From a bacterium UBP14_UBA6098 (GTDB lineage: Bacteria > UBP14 > UBA6098): 64,000 nucleotides of DNA. The position numbers were made by a program, and so were the translations under genes. The notes beneath the pieces are model-generated. The model saw only the letters and a list, made by a program, of their open reading frames with translations, was not told where the DNA came from and searched no databases. Shown here one piece after another: positions 55,076 through 64,000 of this stretch (the stretch's first letter is position 1; each line of letters begins with the position of its first letter). The stretch lies in NCBI GenBank assembly GCA_002428525.1, contig DIWU01000030.1, positions 42,009 to 106,008 of the forward strand, in the 5' to 3' direction.

Positions 55076-57442
55076 TTATTTCCTGATTCTCGCGGAAAAG
55101 CGCTTCAGTAGGCCCTCGACGAGCGCGGAGTGAAGCTCGTTGGCCTCGATATCGGTGATCGTGGCCTCGCCGTCGCGGAAGATAGCCGCCAGCCCGACCG
55201 ATTTTTTGCCCGCCTCGACGCTCTTGCCCTCGTAAACATCGAAGATAAAGGCCCTTTCGAGCTTTGCGGGGAAGTTCTTCATCGCGAAATCGAGTATCTC
55301 GCCGGCCGGCACCGCGGAATCGACAATAAGCGCGACATCGCGCCTCGTCGAGGGGAAGCGCGGGAGGCCCGCGAATTTCTTTATTTCGCGGCGCGCCGAG
55401 ACGAAGGCCTCGAGCGGGAACTCCGCGGAGAAGATCGGAATTTCGATATCGAAACGGCCTGCGAGTGCGGGATCGATCAAACCGGCGAATCCGCTTTCGC
55501 ATTCGGGGAAGACGATCTCGAGGGCCTTGCCGTCGGCGAGGCCCTCGATATTTGCCGGTTTCATCGATAATTCGAGGCAGAGCGACTCTGCGAGCGCTTC
55601 GATGACGCCCTTGAGGTCGAAGAAATCTATATTTCGCGGCGCGGCGCTCCAGCTCTCGGAGTTGGCCGCTCCGCCTGCGACGAGGCCGACCGATTTGCCC
55701 TCTATGAAATCGCCGCCGACCTTGCGATAGATCTTATCGATCTCATAAAGTCGAATCGAGCTCGATTCGCGGTTCAGGTTGAAACCCGCGATTCGAAGCA
55801 GGTTCGGCACGAGAAGGGGCCGCATCACCGCGAAATCGCTCGATATCGGGTTCTCGAGGCGGACAAAATCGCCCTTGAAAAGTGGTTTGAAATCGGCCTC
55901 TTTGGCCATAGTGTCGGACATGACCTCGAAGAAGCCGTTCGCGCGCAAAAGCTCTCCTATCTTGGCCGCGACGATATTCTCCTCGGTGTTCCGCGCGGAA
56001 ACCGGGCCCGCGGCACGAAGGGATGGCTCGAGATTGCCGTAGCCGTAAAGCCTGCCGACCTCCTCGACGAGGTCGATCTCGCGCGTGACATCGGGGCGGA
56101 AGGTCGGGGCGATCCAGCCCTTTGCGGTTCGCTCGAAACCGAGGGCTTTAAGCGCCGGCGAGTAGTCCTCCTCGGGGATCTTCACACCGATGACCGAGGC
56201 GACTTTCTGCGGGGAAAGCTTTATTTCCAAGGGCTCGATCGGCTCGGGGTATTCATCGACAATCCCCCTTCGGACAACACCGCCGGCCAGCTCGTTCATC
56301 ATCGCAGAGCATTCGTCAACCGCCCGCGCGGCGCCGTTGGGGTCTGCGCCCCGCTCGAAGCGGAGCGAGCTTTCGGTGACAAGCCCGAGCCCTCGCGAGG
56401 AGGCGCGAATTCGGCGCGGGTTGAAATAGGCCGACTCGATGAGGATTCGCTGTGTGGAGGCGTCCACCTCGCTGTCCTTGCCGCCCATAACGCCGGCGAC
56501 GGCCAGCGCGCGCGAGGGCGTGGCGATCATGAGGTTATTGCGGTTGAGGGTTCGCTTCTCGCCGTCGAGCGTGACGAAGGCCTCGCCCTCCGCGGCGGAG
56601 CGCACGACGATCGTGTCCGAGCCGAGCTTGTCGAGGTCGAAGGCGTGGAGTGGGTGCGAGAGGAACATCATTATATAATTCGTCGCATCGACGATATTGT
56701 TTATCGGCCGGACTCCGCAGGCCAAAAGGCGACCCATGACAAATAGCGGCGAGGGGCCGATCTCGACGCCCTCGACGACTCGCGCGCAGTAGCGCGGGCA
56801 ACCGGCGCTGTCCTCGAGGCGAATTTTGATAGCCTCGGAGGCCTCGTTTCCGGTTTGAAGCGGGAGTTTGCGGCTATCGACAAGCGGCGCTCCGGTCAGG
56901 GCGGAAAGCTCTCGAGCGAGCGACAGAATTCCATAGCAGTCCGGGCGGTTCGGGGTGATCTCGAGCTCGAGGACAAAGTCGTCCCATCCGAGTAGCTTCG
57001 AGATATCGCCGCCCAACGGCTCGTCGGCGCGAAGCTCGAGAAGCCTGTCCTTCGGCTCTCCGAGGCCGATCTCGACGCCGGAGCAGAGCATACCCTCCGA
57101 GGCCACGCCCTCGAACTCGGCGACCCCGATGGTCTTTCCGCCGAAAAGCCTCGCGCCGATCGGGGCGAAGGGATACTTCGCGCCGAGCTTGATCCCCGGG
57201 GCGCGGGATAGCACCTGCGCCGGAGCGCCTGCGCCGTAATCGACCATGCATTTCGTCATGCCCGGAAGCGGGGTGTTCTCGACAATCTCCGCCACCCGCC
57301 CGACGACAACACCGGCGATCCGGCTCGAGAAATCCTGAATCTCCTCGACCTCTGAGCCGCTTTCGGTGAGGAGTTTGGCGATCCTTTCGGGGTTGAATTC
57401 GATGGGGCAAAGCTCGAGAAGCCATTTGAGAGGGAGTTTCAT
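55076..57442 (-). CDS. pheT: phenylalanine--tRNA ligase beta subunit
   Basis: 788 aa, MKLPLKWLLELCPIEFNPERIAKLL N-terminus. tRNA-binding, B3/B4, B5 and FDX-ACB-like C-terminal segments in canonical order. Confidence 0.9.
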   Translation of the reverse strand: MKLPLKWLLELCPIEFNPERIAKLLTESGSEVEEIQDFSSRIAGVVVGRVAEIVENTPLPGMTKCMVDYGAGAPAQVLSRAPGIKLGAKYPFAPIGARLFGGKTIGVAEFEGVASEGMLCSGVEIGLGEPKDRLLELRADEPLGGDISKLLGWDDFVLELEITPNRPDCYGILSLARELSALTGAPLVDSRKLPLQTGNEASEAIKIRLEDSAGCPRYCARVVEGVEIGPSPLFVMGRLLACGVRPINNIVDATNYIMMFLSHPLHAFDLDKLGSDTIVVRSAAEGEAFVTLDGEKRTLNRNNLMIATPSRALAVAGVMGGKDSEVDASTQRILIESAYFNPRRIRASSRGLGLVTESSLRFERGADPNGAARAVDECSAMMNELAGGVVRRGIVDEYPEPIEPLEIKLSPQKVASVIGVKIPEEDYSPALKALGFERTAKGWIAPTFRPDVTREIDLVEEVGRLYGYGNLEPSLRAAGPVSARNTEENIVAAKIGELLRANGFFEVMSDTMAKEADFKPLFKGDFVRLENPISSDFAVMRPLLVPNLLRIAGFNLNRESSSIRLYEIDKIYRKVGGDFIEGKSVGLVAGGAANSESWSAAPRNIDFFDLKGVIEALAESLCLELSMKPANIEGLADGKALEIVFPECESGFAGLIDPALAGRFDIEIPIFSAEFPLEAFVSARREIKKFAGLPRFPSTRRDVALIVDSAVPAGEILDFAMKNFPAKLERAFIFDVYEGKSVEAGKKSVGLAAIFRDGEATITDIEANELHSALVEGLLKRFSARIRK

Positions 57443-57513
57443 CGATAAATCCTTATGTTAATTATTTAAGTCGTTTTAAAATAGGCCTTCAGGCCGATTT
57501 TCGCAATGGAAAT

Positions 57514-57966
57514 CTATCTTTTCCAGAAGGTCGCCGGTGCGCGAAATGAGCCGTTGCTTATTTGATGCGTCCCGGCGCCCACGCCGACCCAACCGGAAAA
57601 CTTGCCTGAAACAAAGGGGCCGTCTATATCGGTGATCTCGATAATCATTCCGACATCGGAATCCGCGTGGCTGAGCCGCAACTTGTCGAAGCTCGCCGCG
57701 AAGTTTTTCACACGGAAGATCTTTCCGCGCCAGCTCTCGGGGTCTTTGGAGTCGGCCTCCCAAGCGATACGAACCTCCGGCCTTTTTGTGGAGAGGAAGA
57801 TATGGTAGCTCTCCGAGCCTATTTGCGAGACCGCGATGCGAGCGTTTTCAGCAGTGTAAACCTCCCCGTCGATGGTCATACATATGCTCCGCATATCGCC
57901 GAAATCGCAGGAGGCCGCGAATAGCAAAGCTATAACCGACGCATATATGAGCGCTTTAAACCTCAT
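57514..57966 (-). CDS. hypothetical lipoprotein (150 aa)
   Basis: Signal peptide plus Cys (LLFAASC). No motifs. Confidence 0.4.
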   Translation of the reverse strand: MRFKALIYASVIALLFAASCDFGDMRSICMTIDGEVYTAENARIAVSQIGSESYHIFLSTKRPEVRIAWEADSKDPESWRGKIFRVKNFAASFDKLRLSHADSDVGMIIEITDIDGPFVSGKFSGWVGVGAGTHQISNGSFRAPATFWKR

Positions 57967-58450
57967 TCGACCAATACTCCTCGCGCGGGATAAAATCGAC
58001 TATTATACCGGCCTCCTTCATGAAGCTGTCGGCCAAGTCGTCGTTGTAAAGCTCGGAGACGACGAAGCGTTCGACGCCGGCGTTTATCAGCATCTTCGTG
58101 CAAATTATACAGGGCTTGGTTGTGCAGTAGAGCACCGAGCCGCGCGTGCTTACTCCGAAGATCGCGGCCTGAATAATCGCGTTTTGTTCGGCGTGAATTC
58201 CCCGGCAAAGCTCGTGCCGCTCGCCGCTCGGGATGCCGAGTTCCTCGCGAAGGCAACCGAGCTCGGCGCAATGGCGAAGTCCCTGCGGGGCGCCGTTATA
58301 ACCGGTCGCGAGAATTCGCCTTTCGCGCACCAGCACAGCGCCGACCCTTCGGCGAAGGCAGGTCGAACGCGTCGAGACCAGCTCGGCCATACGCATGAAA
58401 TAGGCGTCCCAACCGGGTCTGCCCACGAAATCGTTGATCGAGTCTTTCAA
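57956..58450 (-). CDS. dCMP deaminase (ComEB/Dcd family)
   Basis: Zinc-binding HAEQNAI and [14 protein letters not shown] motifs of the CMP/dCMP deaminase family. 164 aa. Confidence 0.8.
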   Translation of the reverse strand: MKDSINDFVGRPGWDAYFMRMAELVSTRSTCLRRRVGAVLVRERRILATGYNGAPQGLRHCAELGCLREELGIPSGERHELCRGIHAEQNAIIQAAIFGVSTRGSVLYCTTKPCIICTKMLINAGVERFVVSELYNDDLADSFMKEAGIIVDFIPREEYWSNEV

Positions 58451-58508
58451 AATATCTCCTTGACTTTTGTCCGCGCGCGCCTATTTTTTCACAGAACTGG
58501 AGGAAACT

Positions 58509-58682
58509 ATGATCGAATGGCTTCTATGGTTATTATACTCGCTCGTTCCGGCCGGCGTGACTATTCTCGCCGAGCTCGACCTTGAGACAATGGTCATCCT
58601 TTACTTTGTCGCTGTAGCTGTTGCCCTTGTTTTTTGGTATATCCGCGACAGAATCCGCGCGAAACAACCCGACATTATCTAA
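58509..58682 (+). CDS. small two-helix membrane protein (57 aa)
   Basis: The ATG at 58509 (MIEWLLWLLYSLVPAGV...) is preceded by GGAGG. The ORF track starts earlier, at 58467. Confidence 0.3.
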   Translation: MIEWLLWLLYSLVPAGVTILAELDLETMVILYFVAVAVALVFWYIRDRIRAKQPDII

Positions 58683-59677
58683 AACAGCCTCCGCGCAATA
58701 CACTCCATAAGATCGACCGCGTTTGTGGCCGCGCCTCGGCGCAGGTTGTCGAACGATATAAACATGCTCAAAATTCTCGCGTCGCCGCGAGTGTTGCGTA
58801 TTCGGCCGACGAGGACATCGTCGATTCCGGCGGCCTCGAGCGGCGTCGGGAAATCCGGGAGGCGGTAAAGCCTCAGCCCCGGAGCGCTCTCGAGTGCGCG
58901 CTCGGCCTTCTCAGCCGTAACCTCATCCTCGAAAACAATCGTCACAGCCTCCGAATGGCTGACCATCACCGGAACACGCACGGCCGTCGCGGTAAGTTGT
59001 AAGTCACTCATTCCCAATATCTTGCGTGTCTCGGAGCAAAGCTTGGTTTCCTCCTCGTTGAAGCCGTCGCCGTCAATTTTACCGATAACCGGAATCAGGT
59101 TGTCGTGAATCGGCCGCGGGAAGATGCCGCAAAAATCCTCGCCTGCGCGCTGGCGCGAGAGAGCTTCGTTTCCGCCTCTGCCGGCTCCCGAGACCGACTG
59201 GTAGGTCGCGACGAAGATGAATCTCGGCTTTCCGAAGCTGTCGAAGAGAGGCTTCAGCGCGATCACGAGGCCGGAGGTGCTACAGTTTGGGCTGGCGACT
59301 ATCCCCTTCGGGATAGAATCGAGCGCGGCCTCGTTGACCTGCGGCACGACCAGCGGGCATTCCGGATCATCGCGCCAAGCGCTCGACTTGTCGATCACCA
59401 CCGCGCCGGCCTTCGCGAAACGAGGCGCCCATTCGCGGGAGACAGCCGAGCCGGCCGCGAAGATCGCGATATCGAAGCGCTTGCCCTCCGCGGAGGAAAG
59501 CGGCTCGACGATAAATTCGCGCGAGTTGAATGCTATCCGCTTTCCGGCCGACCGCTCCGAGGCGAAGAGCGAGAGCTTTTCAGGGTAATGGCCTCGTTCG
59601 GCCAACACCTCGAGCGTCTTTCCTCCGACAAGGCCGGTTGCCCCGACAATCGCAATATTTGCTTCGTTTATCGTCAA
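58679..59677 (-). CDS. asd: aspartate-semialdehyde dehydrogenase
   Basis: N-terminal NAD(P) fold [18 protein letters not shown], active-site Cys region [10 protein letters not shown], and His region. 332 aa, overlapping lysC. Confidence 0.9.
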   Translation of the reverse strand: MTINEANIAIVGATGLVGGKTLEVLAERGHYPEKLSLFASERSAGKRIAFNSREFIVEPLSSAEGKRFDIAIFAAGSAVSREWAPRFAKAGAVVIDKSSAWRDDPECPLVVPQVNEAALDSIPKGIVASPNCSTSGLVIALKPLFDSFGKPRFIFVATYQSVSGAGRGGNEALSRQRAGEDFCGIFPRPIHDNLIPVIGKIDGDGFNEEETKLCSETRKILGMSDLQLTATAVRVPVMVSHSEAVTIVFEDEVTAEKAERALESAPGLRLYRLPDFPTPLEAAGIDDVLVGRIRNTRGDARILSMFISFDNLRRGAATNAVDLMECIARRLF

Positions 59678-60864
59678 AAAGCATCGCCACGAATGAATTT
59701 TTCATGTAGCGCTTTTTCGGTCTCGGCGCCGCAGGAGCTCTTAAGCACGAAGGCAATGCTGATCTGCGTCGTCTCGACCGCGTGCGGCACAATCCCGAGG
59801 CTGTCGAGGAAGGAGACCGCCTCCGCAAGCACGCCCGGCCTGCGCGAGATCTCCTCGCCGACCATCCCGACGAGGCAAACCTCGGGATCGACCCTCAGGC
59901 CGAACCTTTGGACGAGACCGGACAGGCTTCCGGCGTCCTTGCCCTCGGCTAAAAAGCTGACATTGAAGCCGCGCTCTGTTCTCTCGGCCCTCGAAAGGCC
60001 GAGCTGAATCCGTTCCCTCTCGGCCTCGCCGAAAAGCTCCGCGACGGCGCGGGAATCCGGCAGTTCGGCGCGGCAGAAGCAGACATCCTCCCGCCGAGAA
60101 AGGCCGACGAAGCGCGGGCGTTCCATACCACGGTTTTCGCTCATAATTCTCGTTCCTTCCCTTTCGACGAGGCTCGACGCGATGAGAAGCGGAAGCCTCG
60201 ATACCCTCGCCAATTCGACCGCGCGCGAATGAATCACACCGGCGCCGAAATAGGCCAAATCGAGCGTTTCCTCGAAGGACAGCTCCTCGATCAGCCGCGC
60301 GGAGGCAACCCTGCGCGGGTCGGCGGAGAATATTCCCTCGACATCGGTATAAATCTCGCAGACCTCCGCGCCGAGGGCGACTCCGAGGGCGACCGCGGTT
60401 GTGTCCGAGCCGCCGCGGCCGAGAGTGGTCACCTCTTTTTTGCCGGAAACCCCCTGAAAACCCGCGACTATCGCCACCGCGCCGGAGTTCATAGTCTCGA
60501 TGATCCGCGTCGGGAGGACATCGATGATCCGCGCGCGCGTATGATCGTCGTCGGTGATAATTCCGCTCTGACTTCCGGTGAAGCTGGCCGCGCGCACGCC
60601 CAATTTCCGGATGGCAATCGACAGGAGCGCCATGCTGATCCGCTCGCCGGCGGTGAGGAGCATATCGAGCTCGCGCTCGGGCGGCGCCTCGTCGATCTGT
60701 TTTGCCAGACTGATTAAATCGTCGGTGGTGTCGGCCATAGCGGAAACAACCACCGCGACATCGTCGCCGCGCCGCTTTCTCTCGACAACGCGACGGGCGA
60801 CATTCATGATCCGGCTCGTGTCCGCGACACTGGAGCCGCCGTATTTCTGGACGATTATCGCCAA
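59674..60864 (-). CDS. lysC: aspartate kinase
   Basis: [16 protein letters not shown]-terminus, catalytic domain, and two C-terminal ACT domains. The ORF track runs 5' to 61089 through a second gene in another frame. A TTG at 60864 immediately precedes the conserved kinase N-terminus and is the likelier start. Confidence 0.75.
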   Translation of the reverse strand: MAIIVQKYGGSSVADTSRIMNVARRVVERKRRGDDVAVVVSAMADTTDDLISLAKQIDEAPPERELDMLLTAGERISMALLSIAIRKLGVRAASFTGSQSGIITDDDHTRARIIDVLPTRIIETMNSGAVAIVAGFQGVSGKKEVTTLGRGGSDTTAVALGVALGAEVCEIYTDVEGIFSADPRRVASARLIEELSFEETLDLAYFGAGVIHSRAVELARVSRLPLLIASSLVEREGTRIMSENRGMERPRFVGLSRREDVCFCRAELPDSRAVAELFGEAERERIQLGLSRAERTERGFNVSFLAEGKDAGSLSGLVQRFGLRVDPEVCLVGMVGEEISRRPGVLAEAVSFLDSLGIVPHAVETTQISIAFVLKSSCGAETEKALHEKFIRGDAF

Positions 60865-60866
60865 AT

Positions 60867-61169
60867 CTACATCCCCCTGCGGAGAATATAGCTGAATATC
60901 AATATCGCAACGAGCGAGATAGCGGGAACCATGGTTACATAAACCTCGATATAGCCTATCAGATCGAGGCCGTGGGGATCTTGACCGATCATCTGCTCGG
61001 TGTTCGGGAAGGCCCTTCCGTTGAAAACAAGCGCCACTATGCCGATGACGAAAGCCGCGCCCCACAGCGCCAGCGAACCCCAAAACCATGCGGGAAAGAT
61101 CAAATACACGAACAGCCCCAAGAGCAAGACTCCGAGGCTGATATGGGCGTATTTGCGGGGCTTAGACAA
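60867..61169 (-). CDS. small three-TM membrane protein (100 aa)
   Basis: Three hydrophobic helices ([51 protein letters not shown]). Stops 3 nt before the proposed lysC start. Confidence 0.4.
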   Translation of the reverse strand: MSKPRKYAHISLGVLLLGLFVYLIFPAWFWGSLALWGAAFVIGIVALVFNGRAFPNTEQMIGQDPHGLDLIGYIEVYVTMVPAISLVAILIFSYILRRGM

Positions 61170-61208
61170 CTTGGCCGCCGGGCATATTTTTCGTCGGGGG
61201 CGATGTTC

Positions 61209-62282
61209 TCATGAGACAATCACCTCGTCGATTCGCTTGGGGAGGCTTGTTAAAACCTCGCAGGAATCGCCGATCAGAAGCACATCGTCCTCGATTCGGA
61301 CGCCGCCGAAATCGGGGATATAGACCCCCGGCTCGATCGTGACTACCGAGAACTCCGGCAGAATATTCTCCGAAAGCGAGCCTACGCGCGGGGAATCGTG
61401 GACTAAAAGCCCGAGGCCGTGGCCGAGGCCGTGACCGAAAAAATCGCCGTAACCGGCCTCTTTGATAATATCCCTCGCGACAGCGTCGAGGTTCAGCCCG
61501 ATAAGGCCGGGGCGCGCGGCCCCAATCGCCGCGGCCTGAGCGGAATAGACCAGCTCGTATATCTCGCGCTGTTTTGCGGAGGGCTCTCCCAAGATCATCG
61601 TTCGCGTGATATCGCTCGCCCAGCCATCGACGAAGGCGCCGAAATCGACAGTGACGAAATCGCCGGCCTCGAGTTTTTTGTCGGCGGCTATACCGTGAAC
61701 CAGCGCGCTTCGCTTACCGCTGACGACTATCGTGTCGAAGGAGTTCTTGTCCGCGCCGGCCTTGCGCATATTGTATTCCAGCTCCGCGGCGAAATCCCGC
61801 TCGACGACGCCCGGGCGCATCATATGGAGTGTCCCCCGCCAGCCCTCCTCCGCGACGGCTATGGCTTTCCGAATCTTATCGACCTCCCCGGGGTCTTTGA
61901 CCGCGCGCATATCGTTGAGGAAATCCTCCATCGGCGAAAGCTCGGCGGATTCGGGCAGAAGGCCCTTGAGCCGATCAATCGCGGCGAAGGACATCGACCG
62001 CTCGAAGCCGATCTTTCGAGCGCTTTGAACCTCGGGCACCGCTGTGAGGGCCTCGAAAAGAGAGCCGTTATCAGAGACGATTATCTCCGCGCCCTTAACC
62101 TCGAGCGGAGCCTGCGTTTTATAGCGAAAATCGGTGAAGAAGAAGGCCCTTTCCGCGCTGATAAAAAGAAGGCCGTTCGAGCCGGAGTATCCGCAAAGAA
62201 AGCGGACATTGGTTCTGTCGCTGATGAGCGCTGAATCGAGGCCCGCCGAGATTATTCTCGATCTGACATTGTCTATTCGCAC
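61209..62282 (-). CDS. M24-family Xaa-Pro aminopeptidase / creatinase-like peptidase
   Basis: Creatinase N-terminal domain plus pita-bread catalytic domain with HGLGHGLGLLVHDSP and metal-ligand Asp/Glu positions. 357 aa. Confidence 0.8.
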   Translation of the reverse strand: MRIDNVRSRIISAGLDSALISDRTNVRFLCGYSGSNGLLFISAERAFFFTDFRYKTQAPLEVKGAEIIVSDNGSLFEALTAVPEVQSARKIGFERSMSFAAIDRLKGLLPESAELSPMEDFLNDMRAVKDPGEVDKIRKAIAVAEEGWRGTLHMMRPGVVERDFAAELEYNMRKAGADKNSFDTIVVSGKRSALVHGIAADKKLEAGDFVTVDFGAFVDGWASDITRTMILGEPSAKQREIYELVYSAQAAAIGAARPGLIGLNLDAVARDIIKEAGYGDFFGHGLGHGLGLLVHDSPRVGSLSENILPEFSVVTIEPGVYIPDFGGVRIEDDVLLIGDSCEVLTSLPKRIDEVIVS

Positions 62283-62875
62283 TATTTCTCCTTTTCAATC
62301 AAACTTGAAAGAAATCGTTTTCCAAAATCCGCGGCCGCACGAAGCGCCTCTTCGGGCAAATCCTTAGGCTCGCAATCTATATGCCGAAAAGAGAGCGGTT
62401 CGGGCATATCGATGAAGATACTATCGAGGAAATATTTGATTGTCAAGTTAATTCCATCGAAGGCCCGCGCGCCGCCCGAACCGGCGACCTCGATTACCGC
62501 GGCCGGTCGCGATGGCAGGGTTTCTGCAAGAATATACTTTCGCGCCCAAAAGGGTTGGCAACGATCGACGAGTGCTTTGGCTTGCGAGGGGATACCGTAA
62601 AAATAGGACGGAGTCGCGATAGCGACGGCATCGACAGACTCGAGTAGCTCGCGAACACGAGGCATATCGTCGGCGATCGGGCATGGCGCTCCGCTGAAGC
62701 AAGTTTCGCAGGCGATACAGGGCTCGATGTTCAGCTCTATCGGCCAAAGACTTATCACCTCGACGCCGGCCTCCGCCGCGCCGGCTAAAGCGACCTCGAG
62801 AAGGCGCGAGCTGTTGGAATCGCGCCTCGGGCTGAGGTGAAGGGCAAGTAATCTTTTTTGTGCTTTTTCATTCAT
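62282..62875 (-). CDS. iron-sulfur flavoprotein (Isf-like) / NADPH-dependent FMN reductase-fold protein
   Basis: Flavodoxin-like fold with a compact Cys cluster CIACETCFSGAPCP typical of Isf-family proteins. 197 aa. Confidence 0.6.
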   Translation of the reverse strand: MNEKAQKRLLALHLSPRRDSNSSRLLEVALAGAAEAGVEVISLWPIELNIEPCIACETCFSGAPCPIADDMPRVRELLESVDAVAIATPSYFYGIPSQAKALVDRCQPFWARKYILAETLPSRPAAVIEVAGSGGARAFDGINLTIKYFLDSIFIDMPEPLSFRHIDCEPKDLPEEALRAAADFGKRFLSSLIEKEK

Positions 62876-62896
62876 AATTGTTTATCCTAATCGCCA

Positions 62897-64000
62897 ATGG
62901 ACGAACGAAGAAAAATCGCGGTTTCCGCAATAATGGTCGGCCTCGGGACGCTTGTCTCGCGGGTGTTCGGGCTATTGAGAGAGGTGGCGATGGCCGCTGT
63001 CTTCGGGACCGGTGTCGCCGCGGACGCCTTCTCGGTGGCTTTTCGCTTCCCGAATCTGCTTCATAACCTTGTCGGCGAGGGCTCGCTCTCGGCGGCCTTT
63101 CTGCCGAAATTCACCGAGGTCGAACAACGCGAGGGCCCGGAGGCGGCCTATCAGATGGCCTCGGCGGTTTTCAGCGCCCTTTTTGTCGCACTTATATTGA
63201 TCTGCGCCGCCGGTATTGTCTTTGCGCCGACGCTTATAAATCTAATGGTAATCGGCTGGCAGGACGACCTGCCGAGGCGGCTTCTTGCTGTCAAGCTCGT
63301 GCGAATCCTCTTCGGGTTTGCCGGGTTTATGGGCCTTTCGGCCTACTGTCAAGCGATTCTCAACGCCCGTCGAAGGTTCTTCGTAAGCTCTGTCGCGCCG
63401 GCCTTCATGAACCTCTTCTGGCTCGTCGGAGCGGTGGTCGCAGGCTATTTCGTTTCCACTGAGACCTCGCGAATAGAGACCGTCGCTGTTTTCGTGGTTC
63501 TCGGAAGCTCGTTTCAGTTCCTGTGGCAGTTTATTTGGATTCGCCGGCTCGGATGGCGCTTCTCGTGGTCGGTGCGCTCGCGGTTGCGCGAACTGGTCGA
63601 GGTTGGCCTGCTTTTATTGCCGGGGCTACTCGCGCTGGCCTCACATCAGATTAACTACTTTGCCGATGTGCTTCTGGCCTCGCTACTTCCGGGCGGAAGC
63701 GTAAGCTCGCTGACCTACGCCAACCGCCTGCTGTTTCTGCCCTTGGGGCTGGTCGGTTACGCCATCGCGACGGCTACGCTCCCCAGTCTGTCGATGTCCG
63801 CGGCGCTTCAAGAGCGCGACAAGCTCGCGAGGCTTCTCTCATATACCGCCCGATCGATATTCACTCTGCTTCTGCCCATCGCTTTCGCGGCTGTGACTCT
63901 AAGGACGGAGATTGTCTCGCTTCTGTTCGAGCGGGGGAGCTTCGATGCGGCGCGCTCTACTCCCATGGTCGCCTCGGCGCTGATGTGTTATATGATCGGC
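62897..64000 (+). CDS. murJ: lipid II flippase MurJ (5' part; continues beyond the window end)
   Basis: Translation from the ATG at 62897: MDERRKIAVSAIMVGLGTLVSRVFGLLREVAMAAVFGTGVAADAFSVAFRFPNLLHNLVGEGSLSAAFLPKF..., the conserved MurJ/MviN N-terminus (FRFPNLLR..EG..S.AF.P). Not in the ORF track because no stop is reached. Confidence 0.8.
   Translation, partial: MDERRKIAVSAIMVGLGTLVSRVFGLLREVAMAAVFGTGVAADAFSVAFRFPNLLHNLVGEGSLSAAFLPKFTEVEQREGPEAAYQMASAVFSALFVALILICAAGIVFAPTLINLMVIGWQDDLPRRLLAVKLVRILFGFAGFMGLSAYCQAILNARRRFFVSSVAPAFMNLFWLVGAVVAGYFVSTETSRIETVAVFVVLGSSFQFLWQFIWIRRLGWRFSWSVRSRLRELVEVGLLLLPGLLALASHQINYFADVLLASLLPGGSVSSLTYANRLLFLPLGLVGYAIATATLPSLSMSAALQERDKLARLLSYTARSIFTLLLPIAFAAVTLRTEIVSLLFERGSFDAARSTPMVASALMCYMIG

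Noticed and set aside
62878-63066. 62-aa ORF at the start of the murJ region
   Set aside because: Wrong frame. The ATG at 62897 opens a frame with the conserved MurJ N-terminus that continues without a stop to the window end.

Overview
High-GC (~60%) chromosomal window, probably from an FCB-group bacterium (three T9SS C-terminal-domain cargo proteins, two GWxTD proteins, many lipoproteins). Housekeeping genes: the rplD-rplC-rpsJ ribosomal operon end, PhoH2, folC, a ZnuA-like metal SBP, tkt, a DhnA-type aldolase, trxA with TlpA- and OsmC-like neighbours, pyrK-pyrD, dus, xerC/D-like recombinase, pheT, asd-lysC, an M24 peptidase and a murJ 5' part. Three features stand out. (1) A compact ~9.5 kb phage-derived cluster (terminase large subunit, portal, scaffold-like, capsid-like, several secreted proteins, two holin-like proteins, SLT lysin) with no integrase, small terminase or tail genes. 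It is bounded by a ~30-nt imperfect direct repeat, one copy of which lies in the tkt 3' end, and its distal third is much lower in GC. (2) A family of five ~125-175 bp hairpin-rich intergenic elements with GGGGGCGTCGG / CCGACGCCCCC terminal inverted repeats; two ~85% identical copies bracket the capsid gene. (3) A low-GC island carrying a two-gene Type II-like restriction-modification system inserted downstream of pheT. A giant T9SS cargo protein (1480 aa) sits directly downstream of a gene for a 1000-aa beta-barrel/OmpA-like outer-membrane protein. No rRNA, tRNA or CRISPR array was recognised. All calls are from reading the sequence and its translations; no database search was run.
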